DNA of 64,000 nucleotides, taken from the NCBI GenBank assembly GCA_964016885.1, contig OZ024742.1, positions 176,390,001 to 176,454,000 on the forward strand, given 5' to 3'. The first letter of the stretch is position 1; every line of letters starts with the position of its first letter. Both the position numbers and the translations under genes were made by a program. The notes beneath the pieces were generated by a model. The model did no database searches and was not told the origin of the DNA. It worked only from the letters and a program-made list of their open reading frames with translations. Source of the stretch: Eledone cirrhosa (taxonomy: Eukaryota). Below are positions 55,405 through 64,000 of this stretch, piece after piece.

Positions 55405-55880
55405 TCTCTATATATATATATATATATGATAGGAATTCACTTCGCCAAATTCATTGCTTGCTGTCTAACCCACGATATTCATGTAAACGTAATGTACGGA
55501 CTTCATTTCTCTCCCTCCACAAATCTTAATTCTAGCGTATTTTCAAAACAATCCATATTTCGTATCAAGTCCAAATAGCCAATCTATCGCTAAAACAAAC
55601 TACATTTTCTGTTTCTATTAATTGTTAAATACGAAAGTTTTTGGGCGTATTTAACAGAACAAATTTTGTATTTTTGTTAATCGCTTGTTAAATGCAAGGA
55701 CCCCATTCAATCATTACCTTCTTGCTAGCTATTTTCAAACCTTAATTCCTAACGTATTTTCAAACCTCAATCCCTAATTCTAGCGTATCTTCAAAACAAA
55801 AAAACAAAATCCTTTCCTTCTTCCTTCTTCGAAGGCACGGGGCGGTCAAACGCCTAACACACACAGCCATCATGTGGCCA

Positions 55881-55942
<62 letters not shown>

Positions 55943-56414
55943 TCTCTATATATATATATATGATAGGAATTCACTTCGCCAAATTCATTGCTTGCTGTCT
56001 AACCCACGATATTCATGTAAACGTAATGTACGGACTTCATTTCTCTCCCTCCACAAATCTTAATTCTAGCGTATTTTCAAAACAATCCATATTTCGTATC
56101 AAGTCCAAATAGCCAATCTATCGCTAAAACAAACTACATTTTCTGTTTCTATTAATTGTTAAATACGAAAGTTTTGGGGCGTATTTAACAGAACAAATTT
56201 TGTATTTTTGTTAATCGCTTGTTAAATGCAAGGACCCCATTCAATCATTACCTTCTTGCTAGCTATTTTCAAACCTTAATTCCTAACGTATTTTCAAACC
56301 TCAATCCCTAATTCTAGCGTATCTTCAAAACAAAAAAACAAAATCCTTTCCTTCTTCCTTCTTGGAAGGCACGGGGCGGTCAAACGCCTAACACACACAG
56401 CCATCATGTGGCCA

Positions 56415-56461
<47 letters not shown>

Positions 56462-56937
56462 TCTCTCTATATATATATATATATGATAGGAATTCACTTC
56501 GCCAAATTCATTGCTTGCTGTCTAACCCACGATATTCATGTAAACGTAATGTACGGACTTCATTTCTCTCCCTCCACAAATCTTAATTCTAGCGTATTTT
56601 CAAAACAATCCATATTTCGTATCAAGTCCAAATAGCCAATCTATCGCTAAAACAAACTACATTTTCTGTTTCTATTAATTGTTAAATACGAAAGTTTTTG
56701 GGCGTATTTAACAGAACAAATTTTGTATTTTTGTTAATCGCTTGTTAAATGCAAGGACCCCATTCAATCATTACCTTCTTGCTAGCTATTTTCAAACCTT
56801 AATTCCTAACGTATTTTCAAACCTCAATCCCTAATTCTAGCGTATCTTCAAAACAAAAAAACAAAATCCTTTCCTTCTTCCTTCTTCGAAGGCACGGGGC
56901 GGTCAAACGCCTAACACACACAGCCATCATGTGGCCA

Positions 56938-56977
<40 letters not shown>

Positions 56978-57961
56978 TCTCTATATATATATATATATGA
57001 TAGGAATTCACTTCGCCAAATTCATTGCTTGCTGTCTAACCCACGATATTCATGTAAACGTAATGTACGGACTTCATTTCTCTCCCTCCACAAATCTTAA
57101 TTCTAGCGTATTTTCAAAACAATCCATATTTCGTATCAAGTCCAAATAGCCAATCTATCGCTAAAACAAACTACATTTTCTGTTTCTATTAATTGTTAAA
57201 TACGAAAGTTTTTGGGCGTATTTAACAGAACAAATTTTGTATTTTTGTTAATCGCTTGTTAAATGCAAGGACCCCATTCAATCATTACCTTCTTGCTAGC
57301 TATTTTCAAACCTTTATTCCTAACGTATTTTCAAACCTCAATCCCTAATTCTAGCGTATCTTCAAAACAAAAAAACAAAATCCTTTCCTTCTTCCTTCTT
57401 CGAAGGCACGGGGCGGTCAAACGCCTAACACACACAGCCATCATGTGGCCACCCCCCTCTCTCTCTCTCTCTCTCTCTCTCCATATCTCTATATATATAT
57501 ATATATATGATAGGAATTCACTTCGCCAAATTCATTGCTTGCTGTCTAACCCACGATATTCATGTAAACGTAATGTACGGACTTCATTTCTCTCCCTCCA
57601 CAAATCTTAATTCTAGCGTATTTTCAAAACAATCCATATTTCGTATCAAGTCCAAATAGCCAATCTATCGCTAAAACAAACTACATTTTCTGTTTCTATT
57701 AATTGTTAAATACGAAAGTTTTTGGGCGTATTTAACAGAACAAATTTTGTATTTTTGTTAATCGCTTGTTAAATGCAAGGACCCCATTCAATCATTACCT
57801 TCTTGCTATCTATTTTCAAACCTTAATTCCTAACGTATTTTCAAACCTCAATCCCTAATTCTAGCGTATCTTCAAAACAAAAAAACAAAATCCTTTCCTT
57901 CTTCCTTCTTCGAAGGCACGGGGCGGTCAAACGCCTAACACACACAGCCATCATGTGGCCA

Positions 57962-58017
<56 letters not shown>

Positions 58018-58493
58018 TCTCTATATATATATATATATATGATAGGAATTCACTTCGCCAAATTCATTGCTTGCTGTCTAACCCACGATATTCATGTAAA
58101 CGTAATGTACGGACTTCATTTCTCTCCCTCCACAAATCTTAATTCTAGCGTATTTTCAAAACAATCCATATTTCGTATCAAGTCCAAATAGCCAATCTAT
58201 CGCTAAAACAAACTACATTTTCTGTTTCTATTAATTGTTAAATACGAAAGTTTTGGGGCGTATTTAACAGAACAAATTTTGTATTTTTGTTAATCGCTTG
58301 TTAAATGCAAGGACCCCATTCAATTATTACCTTCTTGCTAGCTATTTTCAAACCTTAATTCCTAACGTATTTTCAAACCTCAATCCCTAATTCTAGCGTA
58401 TCTTCAAAACAAAAAAACAAAATCCTTTCCTTCTTCCTTCTTGGAAGGCACGGGGCGGTCAAACGCCTAACACACACAGCCATCATGTGGCCA

Positions 58494-58536
<43 letters not shown>

Positions 58537-59012
58537 TCTCTCTCTATATATATATATATGATAGGAATTCACTTCGCCAAATTCATTGCTTGCTGTCTAA
58601 CCCACGATATTCATGTAAACGTAATGTACGGACTTCATTTCTCTCCCTCCACAAATCTTAATTCTAGCGTATTTTCAAAACAATCCATATTTCGTATCAA
58701 GTCCAAATAGCCAATCTATCGCTAAAACAAACTACATTTTCTGTTTCTATTAATTGTTAAATACGAAAGTTTTTGGGCGTATTTAACAGAACAAATTTTG
58801 TATTTTTGTTAATCGCTTGTTAAATGCAAGGACCCCATTCAATCATTACCTTCTTGCTAGCTATTTTCAAACCTTAATTCCTAACGTATTTTCAAACCTC
58901 AATCCCTAATTCTAGCGTATCTTCAAAACAAAAAAACAAAATCCTTTCCTTCTTCCTTCTTCGAAGGCACGGGGCGGTCAAACGCCTAACACACACAGCC
59001 ATCATGTGGCCA

Positions 59013-59054
<42 letters not shown>

Positions 59055-59530
59055 TCTCTATATATATATATATATATGATAGGAATTCACTTCGCCAAAT
59101 TCATTGCTTGCTGTCTAACCCACGATATTCATGTAAACGTAATGTACGGACTTCATTTCTCTCCCTCCACAAATCTTAATTCTAGCGTATTTTCAAAACA
59201 ATCCATATTTCGTATCAAGTCCAAATAGCCAATCTATCGCTAAAACAAACTACATTTTCTGTTTCTATTAATTGTTAAATACGAAAGTTTTTGGGCGTAT
59301 TTAACAGAACAAATTTTGTATTTTTGTTAATCGCTTGTTAAATGCAAGGACCCCATTCAATCATTACCTTCTTGCTAGCTATTTTCAAACCTTAATTCCT
59401 AACGTATTTTCAAACCTCAATCCCTAATTCTAGCGTATCTTCAAAACAAAAAAACAAAATCCTTTCCTTCTTCCTTCTTCGAAGGCACGGGGCGGTCAAA
59501 CGCCTAACACACACAGCCATCATGTGGCCA

Positions 59531-59574
<44 letters not shown>

Positions 59575-60050
59575 TCTCTATATATATATATATATATGAT
59601 AGGAATTCACTTCGCCAAATTCATTGCTTGCTGTCTAACCCACGATATTCATGTAAACGTAATGTACGGACTTCATTTCTCTCCCTCCACAAATCTTAAT
59701 TCTAGCGTATTTTCAAAACAATCCATATTTCGTATCAAGTCCAAATAGCCAATCTATCGCTAAAACAAACTACATTTTCTGTTTCTATTAATTGTTAAAT
59801 ACGAAAGTTTTTGGGCGTATTTAACAGAACAAATTTTGTATTTTTGTTAATCGCTTGTTAAATGCAAGGACCCCATTCAATCATTACCTTCTTGCTAGCT
59901 ATTTTCAAACCTTAATTCCTAACGTATTTTCAAACCTCAATCCCTAATTCTAGCGTATCTTCAAAACAAAAAAACAAAATCCTTTCCTTCTTCCTTCTTC
60001 GAAGGCACGGGGCGGTCAAACGCCTAACACACACAGCCATCATGTGGCCA

Positions 60051-60092
<42 letters not shown>

Positions 60093-60568
60093 TCTCTATA
60101 TATATATATATATATGATAGGAATTCACTTCGCCAAATTCATTGCTTGCTGTCTAACCCACGATATTCATGTAAACGTAATGTACGGACTTCATTTCTCT
60201 CCCTCCACAAATCTTAATTCTAGCGTATTTTCAAAACAATCCATATTTCGTATCAAGTCCAAATAGCCAATCTATCGCTAAAACAAACTACATTTTCTGT
60301 TTCTATTAATTGTTAAATACGAAAGTTTTGGGGCGTATTTAACAGAACAAATTTTGTATTTTTGTTAATCGCTTGTTAAATGCAAGGACCCCATTCAATC
60401 ATTACCTTCTTGCTAGCTATTTTCAAACCTTAATTCCTAACGTATTTTCAAACCTCAATCCCTAATTCTAGCGTATCTTCAAAACAAAAAAACAAAATCC
60501 TTTCCTTCTTCCTTCTTGGAAGGCACGGGGCGGTCAAACGCCTAACACACACAGCCATCATGTGGCCA

Positions 60569-60615
<47 letters not shown>

Positions 60616-61091
60616 TCTCTCTATATATATATATATATGATAGGAATTCACTTCGCCAAATTCATTGCTTGCTGTCTAACCCACGATATTCATGTAAACG
60701 TAATGTACGGACTTCATTTCTCTCCCTCCACAAATCTTAATTCTAGCGTATTTTCAAAACAATCCATATTTCGTATCAAGTCCAAATAGCCAATCTATCG
60801 CTAAAACAAACTACATTTTCTGTTTCTATTAATTGTTAAATACGAAAGTTTTTGGGCGTATTTAACAGAACAAATTTTGTATTTTTGTTAATCGCTTGTT
60901 AAATGCAAGGACCCCATTCAATCATTACCTTCTTGCTAGCTATTTTCAAACCTTAATTCCTAACGTATTTTCAAACCTCAATCCCTAATTCTAGCGTATC
61001 TTCAAAACAAAAAAACAAAATCCTTTCCTTCTTCCTTCTTCGAAGGCACGGGGCGGTCAAACGCCTAACACACACAGCCATCATGTGGCCA

Positions 61092-61135
<44 letters not shown>

Positions 61136-61611
61136 TCTCTATATATATATATATATATGATAGGAATTCACTTCGCCAAATTCATTGCTTGCTGTCTAAC
61201 CCACGATATTCATGTAAACGTAATGTACGGACTTCATTTCTCTCCCTCCACAAATCTTAATTCTAGCGTATTTTCAAAACAATCCATATTTCGTATCAAG
61301 TCCAAATAGCCAATCTATCGCTAAAACAAACTACATTTTCTGTTTCTATTAATTGTTAAATACGAAAGTTTTTGGGCGTATTTAACAGAACAAATTTTGT
61401 ATTTTTGTTAATCGCTTGTTAAATGCAAGGACCCCATTCAATCATTACCTTCTTGCTAGCTATTTTCAAACCTTAATTCCTAACGTATTTTCAAACCTCA
61501 ATCCCTAATTCTAGCGTATCTTCAAAACAAAAAAACAAAATCCTTTCCTTCTTCCTTCTTCGAAGGCACGGGGCGGTCAAACGCCTAACACACACAGCCA
61601 TCATGTGGCCA

Positions 61612-61651
<40 letters not shown>

Positions 61652-61978
61652 TCTCTATATATATATATATATATGATAGGAATTCACTTCGCCAAATTCA
61701 TTGCTTGCTGTCTAACCCACGATATTCATGTAAACGTAATGTACGGACTTCATTTCTCTCCCTCCACAAATCTTAATTCTAGCGTATTTTCAAAACAATC
61801 CATATTTCGTATCAAGTCCAAATAGCCAATCTATCGCTAAAACAAACTACATTTTCTGTTTCTATTAATTGTTAAATACGAAAGTTTTTGGGCGTATTTA
61901 ACAGAACAAATTTTGTATTTTTGTTAATCGCTTGTTAAATGCAAGGACCCCATTCAATCATTACCTTCTTGCTAGCTA
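50539..61978 (+). repeat. Tandem array: 21 full plus 1 partial units of 510-541 bp, nearly identical apart from internal (CT)n/(TA)n length
   Basis: Unit starts (cttcaaaacaaaaaaac) at 50539, 51080, 51606, 52131, 52658, 53190, 53700, 54228, 54751, 55269, 55789, 56323, 56846, 57360, 57870, 58402, 58921, 59439, 59959, 60477, 61000 and 61520. Confidence 0.98.
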
Positions 61979-62002
61979 CCCAACACCCCTCCCTCCCACC
62001 CA

Positions 62003-62095
62003 CACGCACCACCATTGCTATTACGTGGACCAATCATAAAACAGAGCTCCCACGCATCACCAGTATTATTACGCGGACCAATCAGAAACCAGAGG
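62003..62095 (+). promoter_or_regulatory. Duplicated ~47-bp motif with CCAAT boxes in the LINE 5' UTR
   Basis: cacgcaccaccattgctattacgtggaCCAATcataaaacagag / cacgcatcaccagtattattacgcggaCCAATcagaaaccagag. The older copy has a single ggaccaatca; function is inferred. Confidence 0.35.
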
Positions 62096-62285
62096 CCTAT
62101 ACTATCGCTTGCCTGGTTGCCTTTCGATATATGATGGATGGATGGACCGCGGAATCCTGGAGAGTGGAGGTGAGAGAGAGAAAAATCTGGACGCTCAGCG
62201 ACAATGCCAAAGATAAAGACAAATTCACCTCCTGGACGAGAATGCGAGCACTCCTCATTGTTTCGACCGCGGACGGCTAACATAA

Positions 62286-64000
62286 CCCCATCGCCCCCCG
62301 CCCCCACCTCCCCAACCCCCAAACGCAATCCAAAACTTCAGAGTTGGTACCATAAATGTAGGCACCCTAAAGGGTCGCGCTAACGAGGTTGTAGAAATGC
62401 TTGAACGTAAGGAGGTCGATGTTTGTTGTATTCAAGAGACCAGGTGGAGGGGTGGGTCTGCTAGGTTCATTGAGGGTAAAAAACGATGTTATAAGCTTTT
62501 CTGGGTGGGAAACGACGATGGGCTGGGTGGAGTAGGAATCATGGTAGCAGAAAAGTGGGCAGATAAGATAATAGACGTAAATAGAGTGACCGACAGAATA
62601 ATTAAAATACGACTTGTCCTCAATAGAACTACGGTGACAGTAATATCTGCGTACGCACCCCAATCCGGACTGCCCGGCACTATAAAAGACAGATTCTATG
62701 AGACACTGATGCTAACTACCTCCCAAATATCCGACAGTGACTATATAATTATCGCAGGCGACCTAAATGGTCACGTTGGACAACATTGTGACGGCTACGA
62801 CGAAATCCATGGAGGCTATGGGTTTGGTACTAGAAATGAGGAAGGCTCCAGAATCCTGGAATTCTGTGATGCAAATAACCTAACTATCTGTAACACTAAC
62901 TTCAAAAAACGTGACAATCACTTGATCACCTATAGATCCGGGGAACACACAAGCCAGGTAGATTATATCCTTACCAGAAGACGTGACAGAGTGTCTGTTG
63001 TAAACACTAAATCCCTCCCACATGAAGAATGCACCTCCCAACATAGACTGATAATTAGCGACCTCATAGTCAGGACGAGACGTACTCGACAACAGAAGAG
63101 GATTATCCTCAGGAGGAAAATATGGAAGCTAAAGGACCCCACAGCCAGGAATAAATTTCAAAGCATATTACTTGATGCTTTCGACAGTAAGGAAGAACAT
63201 TTAGAGTCGGACAATATAGAGGGAGAGTGGGAATTTCTGAAAGCAAACCTGCTGTTGGCGACAGACGAAGTCTGTGGCTGGAGCAGGCCTGTAGGCAGGA
63301 GGAGAGTAACATGGTGGTGGAACAGTAAGGTGGAGGGGTCAATTAAGGCCAAAAAGCAGGCTTGGAAAGTATGGCGGGATGGGGGAAGTAGAGAGGACTA
63401 TCAAGTGGCCAGGAGGGAAGCTAGGAGACAAGTGTACTTAGCAAGAAGGGAAGCTGAGGAAAGAAAGTTCAAGCATGTTCTACAACGCGATGACCAAAAA
63501 CGTGAGGTGTTCAGGATTGCTAGGCAATGCGTCAAGGAAAACCGTGATATTGTCGGGGAGAAGTGTGTACTAAACGACGATGGCACACTTGCCATCACCG
63601 ACGGTGATAAGAAGGTAGCTTGGAAGTGTCACTATGAAAGGCTACTAAATGAGGAGAATAATTGGGAGAAAGGCAGTCTCCCCCATATCGACCCAATAGA
63701 GGGACCAGCAGTGTTAGTCGAGGGGAGTATAATAAGTAAGGCAATCAAGGATATGAAGACGGGTAAGGCGGCTGGGCCTTCGGAAATAGTTGCTGAGATG
63801 CTGAAGGCATCTGGCACGGTGGGACACACCATGGTCACCCGCATAGTTAACCAAGTCGTACAGAATGAGGTTGTTCCGAAGGACTGGCATAGCAGCATCA
63901 TCGTTAACTGTTATAAGGGTAAAGGAGACGCCCTAGATAGGAGTAACTATAGAGGCATTAAATTAATCGACCAGGTCATGAAGGTCACGGAAAAAGTAAT
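62286..64000 (+). CDS. RTE endonuclease-reverse transcriptase (APE domain plus start of RT), open to the window end
   Basis: Manual translation NFRVGTINVGTL...CIQETRW...SAYAPQ...IAGDLNGHVG...SQVDYIL...CTSQHRL...GKAAGPS...NYRGIKL has no stop. The likely start ATG at 62204 is out of frame across the C-rich tract. Confidence 0.9.

Larger units (their letters stand above)
61979..64000 (+). mobile_element. Young RTE-clade LINE, unique 5' UTR plus ORF, truncated by the window end
   Basis: Closely related to the 24969-28895 element, but with no stops over about 570 codons. Confidence 0.95.

Noticed and set aside
50539-61978. CRISPR-like array or repeated small protein genes
   Set aside because: Units are near-identical with no unique spacers and no cas genes. 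The 60-130 aa ORFs change frame with microsatellite length.

Overview
Eukaryotic, AT-rich, microsatellite-saturated DNA. The SINE/RTE repertoire and (TA)n density suggest an octopus-like cephalopod, which is inference only. I find no supportable host protein gene; nearly all listed ORFs are (TA)n/(CA)n/(CT)n read-throughs or antisense shadows of retroelements. Contents: (1) RTE-clade LINEs: a decayed full-length copy at 24969-28895 (-) with a PHD finger inside the RT, a young copy open from 62286 to the window end (+), and several fragments. (2) An 11.4-kb array of 22 ~520-bp units (50539-61978) with 4-mer/8-mer higher-order structure. It runs directly into the young RTE, and its unit resembles the 5' end of the older RTE copy, so it may be a massively amplified LINE 5' monomer. 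(3) Many Penelope-like (PLE) insertions in (TA)n tracts, built as fold-back plus tail. At least 10 loci carry type I hammerhead-ribozyme folds, including U3-A8 compensatory and U4A core variants. One 5'-truncated PLE (746-5355) still carries its GIY-YIG endonuclease remnant. (4) tRNA-derived SINEs, a Helitron-like element, a CR1-like fragment and a bipartite RTE-derived non-autonomous element. All alignments and folds were done by eye, so boundaries are approximate.
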